A stretch of 64,000 nucleotides of DNA from a bacterium. Lineage in GTDB: Bacteria > Zhuqueibacterota > Zhuqueibacteria > Residuimicrobiales > Krinioviventaceae. The stretch lies in assembly GCA_963674595.2 (NCBI GenBank), contig CAXXFV010000029.1:128001-192000 (forward strand). Direction: 5' to 3'. Position 1 is the first letter of the stretch. Each line of letters begins with the position of its first letter. A program made the position numbers and the translations under genes. Shown piece by piece: positions 52,256-62,996 of the stretch. The notes beneath the pieces were generated by a model that saw only the letters and a program-made list of their open reading frames with translations, did no database searches and was not told where the DNA came from.

Positions 52256-52399
52256 ACTCAACCTCCATAAAAACATCTATGAAAACGATTGCATAAAATT
52301 TCAAAAAAAACTCAAACCTCACGAATAAATAGTTAAACCCCTCATGTATAAATTTAAAAACCGGGCATGTTAAAATCAATTCTTAACACGCCATAGCTT

Positions 52400-53305
52400 T
52401 TATAAACCAAGCAAACGCCTGTAATAAACTCGAATACTGTTTACACCTTCCTCTGTAAAACGTGGACCTTTTACACGGGTTATTAATTTAAAAGGAAAAC
52501 CCAGTTCCTGCAAAATAATTTTTGCGCTCATGGGCCAGTAAACCGGAGCCAGGGCATAACAGGCATCCAGCAACTGGAACTGGATTTGACGGGCGCCGAC
52601 AATATCGCCCTGCTCAAATTTCACCTGCAACTCGTTCATCAGGTTCGGATAAAAATTGCCGCCGCCGCCGACACAACCGACAGCGCCCAGGCACAAATCC
52701 TGTAAATAAACCGTCTCGGCACCGGAAAAGATGGAAATTTCTTCGCCCACGGCCCGTGTCATATCAGCCATTCTCACGCCATCAACCGTGCGGTATTTTA
52801 TGGCAACAAGCCTGTCACCAACGGCATCGAGCAGGCGCCGCATCAGCGATGGTGTTGCCGCGTGGGGGCCTTCTCCACGGGGATCATACATCATAACAGG
52901 ACAACGGGTAACGTCAAAAATTTGTTTATAATAGTTAAATATGGCGTCTTCGGTGCCTTCAATATTGTCCGGCATAACAACATGAATGCCGTCCACATTA
53001 TTTTTATCGGCATATTTTGCCAGTTCCAGCACATCTTCCAGCTTTTCAGCGCCCACGCCGGCCATAACAAATTTCCGGCCCTGAGAAGCGGTCATGGCAA
53101 TGTCCATAATCTTTTTTCGTTCATCAACCTTTAACGTCAAATACTCGCTGGACCCTCCCATGGGATAGAGCATGCCTGTTTCCTGGGTGCACAGCCAGGA
53201 AATAAACAGTTCCAGCAGGTCAAAATCAATAGATTCATCTTCGTTAAAGGGCATAACAACAGGTGGTAAAACACCTCTGTATTTGCTGTGACATTCGTTT
53301 TTCAT
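52400..53305 (-). CDS. DapA/NAL-family enzyme (divergent)
   Basis: PVVMPF, GGSSEY, MMYDP, AIKY. Confidence 0.85.
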   Translation of the reverse strand: MKNECHSKYRGVLPPVVMPFNEDESIDFDLLELFISWLCTQETGMLYPMGGSSEYLTLKVDERKKIMDIAMTASQGRKFVMAGVGAEKLEDVLELAKYADKNNVDGIHVVMPDNIEGTEDAIFNYYKQIFDVTRCPVMMYDPRGEGPHAATPSLMRRLLDAVGDRLVAIKYRTVDGVRMADMTRAVGEEISIFSGAETVYLQDLCLGAVGCVGGGGNFYPNLMNELQVKFEQGDIVGARQIQFQLLDACYALAPVYWPMSAKIILQELGFPFKLITRVKGPRFTEEGVNSIRVYYRRLLGL

Positions 53306-53527
53306 CGGGTTTCTCGATTTTCTGTTCCAGTTATAAATGCACATCATTTCTATTATTACAAGATATAAAAATATCGTTTGCACGCAAGAAAAATAAATAA
53401 TTATTGCAAAAAAAATTTGAAAATGCTTGCCGTAATTTAACGCCGGTTATAAAAGCTTGTCTTGGTTTCTAAAAAAAAATTGCTTAAATTTATTGATTTT
53501 GAAATTTTGATAGCAAGAAAGAACCTA

Positions 53528-54808
53528 GTGGCACAAAAAAAAATAATAATTATCGGAGGCGGCGCTTCAGGACTTTTTGCGGCAGGTTGTGCAGCTATGA
53601 ACGGTGCAAATGTTCTTGTGCTGGAAAAAAAAGACCGTCCCGGTAGAAAACTGTTAATTACCGGCAAAGGACGCTGCAACATAACCAATACCGCTCCCCT
53701 GCCGGAGTTTATAAACCATTTCGGCAAAAACGGACGTTTTCTCAGACAGTCTTTTAACGTTTTTTTCAACAACGATCTTGTTGAATTTTTCAAGTCCATT
53801 GGCGTGGCGACGACTACTGAACGCGGCGGACGGATTTTCCCGACCAGCAGCGAAGCCAAAGATATTGTCGACGCACTGGTGAAATGGAACCACGGCCTTG
53901 GTGTACGTATAAAAAACAGTCTCACGGTTGAAAAGCTGCTGATTGATAACAACCGCATCATCGGCGTGTCCGCTTATCCGACAGCTTCAAGGTCCGATAA
54001 ACAGCCGCCAAAAACATCGGTTGATTTTTTTGCGGATGCCGTTATCCTGGCGGCCGGCGGGTCTTCCTATCCGGCAACAGGTTCCAACGGCGCCGGCATC
54101 AAACTGGCGGCACAGGCTGGCCACACGATTGTTCCGGTACGTCCGGCGCTGGTGCCGATTATCACAGCCGGTACCTTGGCGCAGCAGTTACAGGGACTCA
54201 GTTTAAAGAACGTTACGGCAACGTTGTGGATTGATAACAAAAAAGGCCATCAGGATTTTGGTGAAATGCTTTTCACCCATTACGGCCTGTCCGGACCCAT
54301 TATTCTGTCCCTCAGCCGAAGGGTGGTCGATGCCCTGGCCGCAGGTTCACAGGTGGAAATTTCCATCGATTTAAAACCGGCCCTGGATGAACAAAAACTG
54401 GATGCCCGTCTTTTAAGGGATTTTGATGCCTCGGGCAAAAAACAGTTCCAATCCATTTTAAAAGGTCTGTTGCCGCAAAAGATGATTTCGGTGTGCTGCG
54501 AATGCACGCAGATCCCGCCGGACCTGTCTGCCGGACAAATATCCGCCAAACAGCGCAAACGTCTTTTAAACTGGCTCAAGGACGTTCGTTTTAAAGTCAC
54601 AGGTCACCGTGATTTTAACGAAGCCATTATTACAGCCGGGGGCATTGAAACAAAAGAAATAAATCCGCGTACTATGGAGTCGCGACTTGTAAACGGACTC
54701 TATTTAGCGGGAGAAGTCATAGACATAGATGCAGACACAGGCGGTTTTAATTTACAGGCCGCTTTTTCAACCGGCCGGCTGGCCGGATATGCAGCATCCC
54801 AACATTAA
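53528..54808 (+). CDS. HI0933/BaiN-family flavoprotein
   Basis: GGGASG, GRKLLITGKGRCNITN, LFTHYGLSGP, TGGFNLQAAFSTG motifs. Confidence 0.93.
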   Translation: MAQKKIIIIGGGASGLFAAGCAAMNGANVLVLEKKDRPGRKLLITGKGRCNITNTAPLPEFINHFGKNGRFLRQSFNVFFNNDLVEFFKSIGVATTTERGGRIFPTSSEAKDIVDALVKWNHGLGVRIKNSLTVEKLLIDNNRIIGVSAYPTASRSDKQPPKTSVDFFADAVILAAGGSSYPATGSNGAGIKLAAQAGHTIVPVRPALVPIITAGTLAQQLQGLSLKNVTATLWIDNKKGHQDFGEMLFTHYGLSGPIILSLSRRVVDALAAGSQVEISIDLKPALDEQKLDARLLRDFDASGKKQFQSILKGLLPQKMISVCCECTQIPPDLSAGQISAKQRKRLLNWLKDVRFKVTGHRDFNEAIITAGGIETKEINPRTMESRLVNGLYLAGEVIDIDADTGGFNLQAAFSTGRLAGYAASQH

Positions 54809-54829
54809 ATTTTCACAAAAAGGAAGTAT

Positions 54830-56662
54830 ATGCGTAAAAATGAATTTAGAAATATCGCCATTATTGCCCACGTAGACCACGGCAAAACCACCCTTGTGGA
54901 CGCCATGCTGCGGCAAAGTGGTATTTTCCGGGAAAACCAGCAAGTGGAAGAACGGATTATGGACTCTATGGACCTGGAACGGGAACGCGGTATTACCATT
55001 ATGGCAAAAAATACTGCGGTCATGTACCAGGACATAAAAATCAACATTGTCGATACACCGGGTCACGCCGATTTTGGCGGTGAAGTGGAACGAAGCCTGA
55101 ACCTGGTGGACGGCGCGTTGCTGCTGGTGGATGCCAGTGAAGGCCCCCTGCCGCAAACACGGTTTGTGGTAAAAAAGGCGCTGGACAAAAACCTGCCCAT
55201 CATCCTGGTGATTAATAAAATCGACCGTAACGATGCCAGAATTGAAGAGGTGATTAATGAAGTTTACGATCTGTTTATTGAACTGGATGCCAACGACGAA
55301 CAGATCGAGTTTCCCATACTTTATACAAATGCTAAAGCCGGCACGGCCCAAACCGATTTGAACGAACCGTCCGATTCTTTAAAACCGCTTTTTGAAACCA
55401 TTATTTCACGAATTGCCGGTCCGGAAGCAGATGACGCCGCTGCAACACAGTTCCTTGTCACCAATCTGGATTATGACTCTTATGTCGGTCAGGTTGCCAT
55501 CGGACGGCTGTTTAACGGCACACTGGAAATGAACAAAGGTTATACACTCTGCGGTGAACACGCAAACACCCCCGGTATAAAACTGTCCGTGCTTTATACG
55601 TTTCAGGAACTGTCCAAAAGACAGGTACAGTCCGTGGTATCCGGTGATATTATTGCCCTGGCCGGAATTGCCGATATAAAAATCGGTGACACCATTTCAA
55701 ACCTCGAAGACCCCAAACCCCTGCCGCGTATCAAAGTGGATGAACCCACGGTTTCCATGATTTTTTATGTCAACAACAGTCCTTTTGCCGGCCGGGAAGG
55801 GAATTTTGTTACCTCCCGTCAGTTGCGCCAGCGACTGGAAAAAGAGCAGATGGGCAACGTGGCCATCGATTTGAAAATGACGGACCGTCCCGATGCTTTT
55901 GAAGTATGCGGACGCGGAGAACTGCAAATGGCCGTTTTGATTGAAACCATGCGCCGCGAAGGATACGAGTTTATGGTGTCCAAACCCCAGGTTATTACCA
56001 AAGAAATTAACGGCAAAACCTGTGAGCCGGTGGAACGCGCCTTTGTCGATGTGCCGGAAGAGTTTGTGGGTATTGTGACTGAAAAATTGTCCACACGTAA
56101 AGGCCGCATGATCAATTTGCACAACAACGGCAACGGACGTATCGATCTGGAATTTATCATTCCCTCACGCGGACTGATCGGTTTTCGCAGCCATTTTCTC
56201 ACAGACACCAAAGGGTCCGGTGTGTTTAACACCATATTCGAAGGACACGAACCCTGGTTCGGTCCCATTCCCCAGCGTGCCAGCGGCGCCCTGGTGGCCG
56301 ATCGCACCGGTCGTGTTACCATGTACGCCTGTCTCGCCATGGTGGACCGCGGCGAACTGTTTGTGCAGGTGGGTTCCGACGTATATGGCGGCATGGTTAT
56401 CGGCGAACGCAACCGCAACGGCGATCTGGACGTAAACATAACCAAGGAGAAAAAGCTGACCAACATGCGCAGCTCCACGGCCGAAGCCACAGTGACCTTG
56501 CGCCCGCCACGGCCCCTGTCTCTGGACCAGCAGATAGAGTTTATCGCCGAAGATGAACTGGTGGAAATAACCCCAAAAAATCTGCGGCTGCGCAAAATTG
56601 AACTGGACAACGCCAAACGCGCCGCCCTGCGCAAAAAAGAAAAATACGGCGACAGCGAATAG
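54830..56662 (+). CDS. typA: Translational GTPase TypA/BipA
   Basis: [39 protein letters not shown] motifs. Confidence 0.98.
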   Translation: MRKNEFRNIAIIAHVDHGKTTLVDAMLRQSGIFRENQQVEERIMDSMDLERERGITIMAKNTAVMYQDIKINIVDTPGHADFGGEVERSLNLVDGALLLVDASEGPLPQTRFVVKKALDKNLPIILVINKIDRNDARIEEVINEVYDLFIELDANDEQIEFPILYTNAKAGTAQTDLNEPSDSLKPLFETIISRIAGPEADDAAATQFLVTNLDYDSYVGQVAIGRLFNGTLEMNKGYTLCGEHANTPGIKLSVLYTFQELSKRQVQSVVSGDIIALAGIADIKIGDTISNLEDPKPLPRIKVDEPTVSMIFYVNNSPFAGREGNFVTSRQLRQRLEKEQMGNVAIDLKMTDRPDAFEVCGRGELQMAVLIETMRREGYEFMVSKPQVITKEINGKTCEPVERAFVDVPEEFVGIVTEKLSTRKGRMINLHNNGNGRIDLEFIIPSRGLIGFRSHFLTDTKGSGVFNTIFEGHEPWFGPIPQRASGALVADRTGRVTMYACLAMVDRGELFVQVGSDVYGGMVIGERNRNGDLDVNITKEKKLTNMRSSTAEATVTLRPPRPLSLDQQIEFIAEDELVEITPKNLRLRKIELDNAKRAALRKKEKYGDSE

Positions 56663-56989
56663 ATTTTACCGCATCACTTACACATCATCACCTGCGGGTT
56701 TTGCCTCCCCCCTGTTTTGCTTACTGGGAGCCAAAACCCGTACGGTTTATTATCCCCTGTACATTATCAACACACTTTCCCCGAACCGGCACTCTCAATA
56801 GATTAAAAAACCTCAATTACCCCTTGCGCGGGTTTAAAATTATTTGTAAAATAAATTAACGGGGCAAAGGACGTTTGTCCTGTTTTTCCACTATTATTTT
56901 TGGGTTCGAGATATATAAAAAAATGATTATGTCCTATTAGAAATTAAACTCCTGTTGTATCTTTGTCATATTTAATGGAGGAAAGAATT

Positions 56990-57607
56990 ATGATTATTCG
57001 CAAAAGGCCAGGATTTAGGAGTACGGATAGCAGCATATATCTTGTAAACATAGGAACAAACAATCAAGCTGAAAAGAGCCAGCCTTCCGGGCACCTTAAA
57101 AAATCAGCATTTATACACGGGAGAAAAATTTTGACAAGGGGTATACTTTTTGTGTTTGTGCTCATTTTTTGCAGTTATTTCAATTATTTACGCGGATATA
57201 ATATTGGAGTATCATATACATTAATTCAAGCGGAGATTATAAATAAAGATAATTCTCCAATTGAAATTATGGAATATACCGCCAGTATCTCACATGGCGA
57301 TAATCCTTCTTATAATAACGGACTCAAACTTTACAACAAAAGTAATAAAAAAATTATACGTTTTGATATTCAATTTAAACTTTACGATGTTTATGGTGAA
57401 CTTTTAGAGACATTAATAGGATATAGTACCAAGCCTATCGAAGGTGGCAATTTTTTAACAACTGATTGGTGTTTTGAAGAAAATATAGAAAATGAAGGTA
57501 CCTTTATAAGTTTAAGAAGAGACGTCTCAACCGGGCACAAAACATTTGCAAGCGTTTCAAGACTTGCCTTTGAAGACGGTACGATTTGGCAGGCAGATTC
57601 AAACTGA
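56990..57607 (+). CDS. Hypothetical membrane-anchored protein
   Basis: GGAGG RBS, one TM, C-terminal beta domain ending FEDGTIW. Confidence 0.65.
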   Translation: MIIRKRPGFRSTDSSIYLVNIGTNNQAEKSQPSGHLKKSAFIHGRKILTRGILFVFVLIFCSYFNYLRGYNIGVSYTLIQAEIINKDNSPIEIMEYTASISHGDNPSYNNGLKLYNKSNKKIIRFDIQFKLYDVYGELLETLIGYSTKPIEGGNFLTTDWCFEENIENEGTFISLRRDVSTGHKTFASVSRLAFEDGTIWQADSN

Positions 57608-57645
57608 TAAGGATTATTTCCTCGCCACGGAGATAGTGCCGTGTT

Positions 57646-57666
57646 ATTCCTGTGAAACAGGAATCC
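57646..57666. repeat. REP/dRS3-like hairpin
   Basis: ATTCCTGTGAAACAGGAATCC, same ATTCC-N9-GGAAT form as the array heads. Confidence 0.65.
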
Positions 57667-57845
57667 AGATAAAAGCAGGGTGCTGGTTATGCCGCACCAT
57701 TCGGAGATCCATAAAATAAATACAGTTCAGTGGTGAAGCAAAACTACACCCTGCAACTTAGCAGGCGATATTGTAATACTTATCTTTGAACTTGAGAAAA
57801 GGGCCAAAAATATTAAATTAGTCTATTATGAAAAATGGAGGCCCA

Positions 57846-58151
57846 ATGAGCAAACGAAGACGCTTTACTGCTGAAGAAAAAGTCCAAATTTTAAGAGAAC
57901 ATTTAGAAAATAAGATCAGCATATCCGAAATAGCTAAACAATATAATATTCATCCTGTAGTTATACACAGATGGAAAAAAGAGCTCTTTGAAAATGCGCT
58001 TGACGGTTTTTCCGGCAAACATAAAAAGCGTAAAGGAAAATCTGTCAAAGAAGAACGTCTTGAAACCAAAGTCAGCAAAATGCAGGAAGTCATCACCGAA
58101 CTCTCCACAGAGGTCGTTGATTTGCGAAAAAAGTATTTTGGGGCAACCTGA
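57846..58151 (+). CDS. IS3-family transposase OrfA (HTH)
   Basis: RRRFTAEEKVQIL...IHRWKK HTH; GGAGG RBS. Confidence 0.9.
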   Translation: MSKRRRFTAEEKVQILREHLENKISISEIAKQYNIHPVVIHRWKKELFENALDGFSGKHKKRKGKSVKEERLETKVSKMQEVITELSTEVVDLRKKYFGAT

Positions 58152-59116
58152 AAAAGACATGGGTTGCTCCTGATGTTAGAGATGATGTTTTGTCTTCTCT
58201 GCAAACGTTAACGGCAAAGACCGGTGTTCCTTTGAGTTTATTACTCAAGACCATTGGTTTGTCCTGGACCCGGTACTATGACTGGCAAAAACGTTTTGGT
58301 CAACCAAATCAACATAACAGCGACACACCTCGCAGCTTTTGGCTGGAACCGTGGGAGTGTCAACGTATCATAAAATACAAAAAGGAACATATGCAGATCG
58401 GCTATAAACGACTGACCTATATGATGCTTGATGAAAATGTTGTTGCTGTGAGCCCGTCAACGACCTATCGTATTCTGCGGAACGCCGGACTCACAAGTCA
58501 ATGGAATAACAGTACGTTACAATCAAATAAGAAAGGCTTTATTCAACCCAAAAGACCGCATCAGCATTGGCATATAGATATTTCCTATATTGCCTTTCAT
58601 GGTTCGCATCTCTTTTTGATTTCTGTACTGGACGGATTTTCAAGATTTATCGTTCACCATGAATTAAGAACTCATATGCAGGAATATGATGTCGAGATTG
58701 TACTGCAAAGAGCTTTGGAAAAATATCCAAATGAAAAACCTCGAATTATTTCCGATAATGGTTCACAGTTTATTGCCAATGACTTTAAATCTTTTTTAAG
58801 GTTAAATAATTTGACGCACGTTCGAACTTCGATTAATCATCCACAGTCGAATGGTAAAATTGAAGCTTTTCATAAAATCATTAAAAATGAATGCACCCGA
58901 ATTCAAAGTATGATTAATCTGGAGGATGCCAGAAATAAAGTCGTACTTTATATCCATCAATACAACTATAACCGGTTACACAGTGCTATTGGATTTATTA
59001 CACCATTTGACAAATTATCAGGAAAAGCTGATAGTATTTTCAAAGAACGTGATATGAAACTTGAACAAGCCCGCCAAAGAAGGCAGGAAAACAATAAAAT
59101 TATAAAGGCAGCTTAA
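58127..59116 (+). CDS. IS3-family transposase OrfB (DDE), reached by -1 frameshift
   Basis: A6G at 58127-58133 shifts into KVFWGNLKKTWVAPDVR...; WHIDISY, SDNGSQF, NGKIE, YNYNRLHSAIG. Confidence 0.9.
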   Translation, partial: KKVFWGNLKKTWVAPDVRDDVLSSLQTLTAKTGVPLSLLLKTIGLSWTRYYDWQKRFGQPNQHNSDTPRSFWLEPWECQRIIKYKKEHMQIGYKRLTYMMLDENVVAVSPSTTYRILRNAGLTSQWNNSTLQSNKKGFIQPKRPHQHWHIDISYIAFHGSHLFLISVLDGFSRFIVHHELRTHMQEYDVEIVLQRALEKYPNEKPRIISDNGSQFIANDFKSFLRLNNLTHVRTSINHPQSNGKIEAFHKIIKNECTRIQSMINLEDARNKVVLYIHQYNYNRLHSAIGFITPFDKLSGKADSIFKERDMKLEQARQRRQENNKIIKAA

Positions 59117-59204
59117 AACTAACTTATTTCAAATATGCCTTTTCTCAAGTTTACCTTGAACCTTTACAATATGACTAATCATTCTTTCAACAAAGGAATT
59201 ATTA

Positions 59205-60734
59205 ATGATCAAAAAGATTAAATCTTTCCTGTTACTCAATTTTCTGCTTATTTCTTTTTTTTCTTGTAATTCATTAACTAAAAATGAAATAAATAATAAC
59301 GTTATCATAACAGGTCATATCGATCACTTTAATGAATACTCTAATAAATTTGTTTCAGTTAAAGCATTTGTAAATGAGTTTGCAAGCGGTGATCAAAAAG
59401 ACTTTACTTCACTAATTAATGCAGATGGCGATTTTGAATTACAAATCAAAAAGGATTATCCTCAGGATATTTATCTGCTATATGCTGAAAGACTTTTTAC
59501 TATTTTTGTCGTACCAGGTGAAAAAATAAATACAAATTTCAATGCACGTCTATTAGCAAAAGGAGATGATATAAATAAGGCAATCACTTTTTCAGGTAAC
59601 AGTGCAATGCTAAACACAAATATCGTTAATTATCAAACACAATATTATCAATATGTTCCTGAAAAATTTCGTGGTGACCCAGACAAGATGGCACAAAAAT
59701 TAACACCTGATGAATATTCAAAATATATTTATAATCGGAGGGAAAAGCATCGTGAATTCTTGAATAATTTTATATCGAGAAATAAAGTAAGTGAAACTTT
59801 TATAAATTGGGCTACTTTTGAAATTGATTATGATTGTGCAGAAGCTTTATTAGATTATAGCAGTCAACAAAAAAAAAGAAGAAGAAAAGAAGGTAAATCT
59901 GATAACTACGATGCACCTGAATCATATTATAAGTTTGTTGAAGAATTTAAACTAGATAATAAAAAGGCTGTGATATCATCAGCTTATAAAAGTTACATTT
60001 CAGGATATAAACATTATTTAAAAAGAAAATATTTAAAAGAAGAAGATTGGAAGAATCGAAACACATTATACAAAAAATACTATGATATGCTTTCAAAAAA
60101 TGTACAAGGTTTTTGCAGAGAAGTTTTGTTAACACAATTATTCAGTGAAGTTTTAGAAAGCAGCTATTCAAATTCCTTAGACGATTATTATCAGTCTTAT
60201 CTAAAAACCGTTGAAACAGAATATTTAAAAAATTATATAGTCACTAAATATAATTTTGTTAATAGCGATACACTCATAGAATCACCTGAAAATGCGTCTC
60301 TAAATGAATTGACAGAGCAGGTTAATAAAGATTCTTTTTTATTATCAATAATAAATGAGCATAAAGGTAATGTTATTTATATAGATTTTTGGGCAACTTG
60401 GTGTGGTCCATGTTTAGCAGTAATGCAAATATTTAATAAATTACATGAAAAGTATAAAGGTAAAAACATTTCATTTGTTTATCTTTGTTCAAGATCATCA
60501 AGAAAAATGTGGGAATCGACAATTGCTGAAAAGAAGTTAAGTGGGCATCATTATTTTTTAAATAATAAACAATTTGAACTAATTAGCCCTTCATTCGGCA
60601 TTGTTAGTTTTCCTCATCATGCCATAATTGATAACAAAGGTAAGATAGTGAAAAAAAAGGCCGAAAGCCCAAGTATTGGTTATGGTAAAGAAATTAACCA
60701 AAAATTGATAAACGATTTAAATAATCTATTATAA
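59205..60734 (+). CDS. Lipoprotein with C-terminal TlpA/thioredoxin-like domain
   Basis: Lipobox FFSC, IDFWATWCGPC; very AT-rich. Confidence 0.88.
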   Translation: MIKKIKSFLLLNFLLISFFSCNSLTKNEINNNVIITGHIDHFNEYSNKFVSVKAFVNEFASGDQKDFTSLINADGDFELQIKKDYPQDIYLLYAERLFTIFVVPGEKINTNFNARLLAKGDDINKAITFSGNSAMLNTNIVNYQTQYYQYVPEKFRGDPDKMAQKLTPDEYSKYIYNRREKHREFLNNFISRNKVSETFINWATFEIDYDCAEALLDYSSQQKKRRRKEGKSDNYDAPESYYKFVEEFKLDNKKAVISSAYKSYISGYKHYLKRKYLKEEDWKNRNTLYKKYYDMLSKNVQGFCREVLLTQLFSEVLESSYSNSLDDYYQSYLKTVETEYLKNYIVTKYNFVNSDTLIESPENASLNELTEQVNKDSFLLSIINEHKGNVIYIDFWATWCGPCLAVMQIFNKLHEKYKGKNISFVYLCSRSSRKMWESTIAEKKLSGHHYFLNNKQFELISPSFGIVSFPHHAIIDNKGKIVKKKAESPSIGYGKEINQKLINDLNNLL

Positions 60735-60769
60735 AAATGTAAAGCAGGTAACAAAGTAATACCCCCGCT

Positions 60770-60794
60770 CGCCCTGGAAAACATTTCCAGGGCG
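60770..60794. repeat. REP palindrome upstream of RAYT
   Basis: CGCCCTGGAAAACATTTCCAGGGCG. Confidence 0.85.
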
Positions 60795-60856
60795 CAAATC
60801 AGGCGGGGTATGTACCCCGATAAAACAAAATTTAAAGAAACCATTGTACAGATAAA

Positions 60857-61408
60857 ATGAAACACTATAAAACCCAAAATGATTCTAATGTTTATTTTTC
60901 CACATGTACTATTGTGCAATGGCAATGTCTTTTTATAGAGCAAAAATATTTTCAGATAATAACAAACAGCTTAAACTATTGTATTAAAAACAAAGGACTG
61001 TCTATTATCGCGTATGTTATTATGCTTAACCATCTGCATTTAGTAACAGTTAATACAAAAGAAACCGTATTGTCCAACATCATGCGGGATTTCAAACGGT
61101 TTACATCCATACAGATTGCCGGACAATTGGAAAAAGACAACAAAAAATTGCTGCTGCATATTTTCAACAAAGCTGTGGAAGGCAGAGCAAAATCACAACA
61201 ATATAAAATATGGCAGGATGAATTCCATCCTAAAGCTGTTTATACACCCGATTTTTTAACACAAAAATTGGAATATATTCACAACAATCCGGTCAGAAAA
61301 GGACTGGTACAAGAACCTGAACAGTGGCGTTACAGCAGCGCACAAATGCTATTTATGAACGAAAAGAATGATGTAAACATTAATATGAATCTGCTATTTG
61401 AGGACTGA
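60857..61408 (+). CDS. REP-associated tyrosine transposase (RAYT, Y1 HUH)
   Basis: YFSTCT, AYVIMLNHLH (HUH), WQDEFH, YIHNNPVRKGLV..PEQWRYSS motifs. Confidence 0.92.
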   Translation: MKHYKTQNDSNVYFSTCTIVQWQCLFIEQKYFQIITNSLNYCIKNKGLSIIAYVIMLNHLHLVTVNTKETVLSNIMRDFKRFTSIQIAGQLEKDNKKLLLHIFNKAVEGRAKSQQYKIWQDEFHPKAVYTPDFLTQKLEYIHNNPVRKGLVQEPEQWRYSSAQMLFMNEKNDVNINMNLLFED

Positions 61409-61434
61409 TCAGGGCAAATGCCCCATTTTTTTAA

Positions 61435-61459
61435 CGCCCTGGAAAAAATATCCAGGGCG
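61435..61459. repeat. REP palindrome downstream of RAYT
   Basis: CGCCCTGGAAAAAATATCCAGGGCG. Confidence 0.85.
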
Positions 61460-61490
61460 AGCAATTTTCTAACAAAATACTTTTAAGGCC

Positions 61491-61985
61491 ATGAAAATAT
61501 ATCCTGTCACATTCGTTTTTATATTTACGGTATCGCTTACCTTATCGTGTATACGCCTTACTCTCAATCCGGATATTGATATTAAATCAAAAGTTATTGA
61601 TGCGGACACAAAGCAGCCGCTTAAAGGATGTGATATTATTCTAGTTGGTGTTTATTATCGGGTGACATCTCCACCGGATTATTTTTCGAATTGTGATACG
61701 TTGAAAAACTCTGATAAATTTCAACCCATGCTCGAAAATTATATACGGAACTATAATCCTGAGGAAAAAACAATGTATAAAACGCAAACAGATGATAATG
61801 GTGTATTTTTAATTACAAATATAAAACAAAAACATTGGTGGCCGATAGGTGTGGTAGATCCTCCTTTTTTTGTTGTGGTAGCATTAATAATTGAAAAAGA
61901 TGGCTATAATCGAAAAATTTTGGGTACAAGTAATACATGTAAAAATATTGATGCAACAATTGAGTTAAAAAGTTCGCATTTATAA
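61491..61985 (+). CDS. Hypothetical lipoprotein (carboxypeptidase-regulatory-like fold)
   Basis: Lipobox LSC, VIDADTKQPL, TDDNGVF, KDGY. Confidence 0.7.
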   Translation: MKIYPVTFVFIFTVSLTLSCIRLTLNPDIDIKSKVIDADTKQPLKGCDIILVGVYYRVTSPPDYFSNCDTLKNSDKFQPMLENYIRNYNPEEKTMYKTQTDDNGVFLITNIKQKHWWPIGVVDPPFFVVVALIIEKDGYNRKILGTSNTCKNIDATIELKSSHL

Positions 61986-62200
61986 TCAGCACAGCAAAAA
62001 CAGGGCTTGCCCCTTATTAGTGGTCTAAAGACGGGGTATTTATCCCAAAATAAGCACAGAAAAGTAAAAAAATATAAATATGTTATTTGGGCAGGGCTTA
62101 AGTACAGGTAAATTATCGAACCTGGAAAAGAATATGAGTCAAGTGAATTTGGAATTTTAAATAATAAACAAGAAACCAAATATTAATTGAAAAAGGTACC

Positions 62201-62992
62201 GTGATGTTTATCGCATACTATGACGAGTCAGGTGATGATGGATATCCATACTATTCATCTCCAATTTTTGTTTTAACATCCATATATCTTTATTATCTTA
62301 ACTGGAAAGAAATTTATAAAAATATTAGAAATTTCCGGCACCAATTAAATGCTGATTTTGGAATTCCGGTAAAAATGGAGATACACACAAAATATCTTTT
62401 ACTAAATAAGAATCCATATAGAAAATTAAATTTTTCTGACGATGATAGAATATTAATAATTGATTTATTTTGTGATTTAATATCCAGCCTGGAAATAAAA
62501 ATCGTAAATGTTGTAATAAATAAAACAACTATTCAATCACCAGGTTATAAAGTATTGGATCGTGCTCTGACATATTCTATCCAAAGGATCGAAAATGATT
62601 TGAATAAAATCGACCCGGCAAAAAAATTTCTTATTATAACGGATGAAGGCAGGGTCGGGAAAATGAAATATACTACAAGAAAAATCCAAAGATTAAATTT
62701 TATCCCTTCAAAATACAGCACAAATGTTTATCGGCAAGAAATTCTTTCTTTAATTGAGGATCCATTACCCAAAAATTCAAAAGAATCATATTTTATACAG
62801 TTGTCAGATTTAGTTGCTTATATTGTATACCTTTATTCAATTTTAAATTTAAAAACAGGAAATTTTTCAAATCGTCTACCAGACAAGGTAAATGAAAATA
62901 AAATCATTGAATGGATGGAAAAACTTGAGGGAAGTTTGAATTTAGAAGCATCAAGCAGTGATAAATATGGTGTTGTCTGTTACCCAAAATAA
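62201..62992 (+). CDS. DUF3800 domain protein (RNase H-like)
   Basis: N-terminal YYDESG, S..IQLSDLVAY C-terminal motif. Confidence 0.88.
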   Translation: MMFIAYYDESGDDGYPYYSSPIFVLTSIYLYYLNWKEIYKNIRNFRHQLNADFGIPVKMEIHTKYLLLNKNPYRKLNFSDDDRILIIDLFCDLISSLEIKIVNVVINKTTIQSPGYKVLDRALTYSIQRIENDLNKIDPAKKFLIITDEGRVGKMKYTTRKIQRLNFIPSKYSTNVYRQEILSLIEDPLPKNSKESYFIQLSDLVAYIVYLYSILNLKTGNFSNRLPDKVNENKIIEWMEKLEGSLNLEASSSDKYGVVCYPK

Positions 62993-62996
62993 AAAC

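Larger units (their letters stand above)
57772..59168 (+). mobile_element. IS3-family insertion sequence, 1397 bp
   Basis: Terminal IRs TGTAA...AACTTGAGAAAAGG at both ends, ATAT target duplication (57768-57771, 59169-59172), orfA/orfB. Confidence 0.95.

Noticed and set aside
59156-59185. Hybrid promoter from the IS right end (TTGAAC-N18-CATTCT)
   Set aside because: Poor -10 match; not distinguishable from chance in AT-rich DNA
61990-62190. Possible gene remnant between the lipoprotein and DUF3800 genes
   Set aside because: Short interrupted frames with no recognisable family; cannot support a pseudogene call
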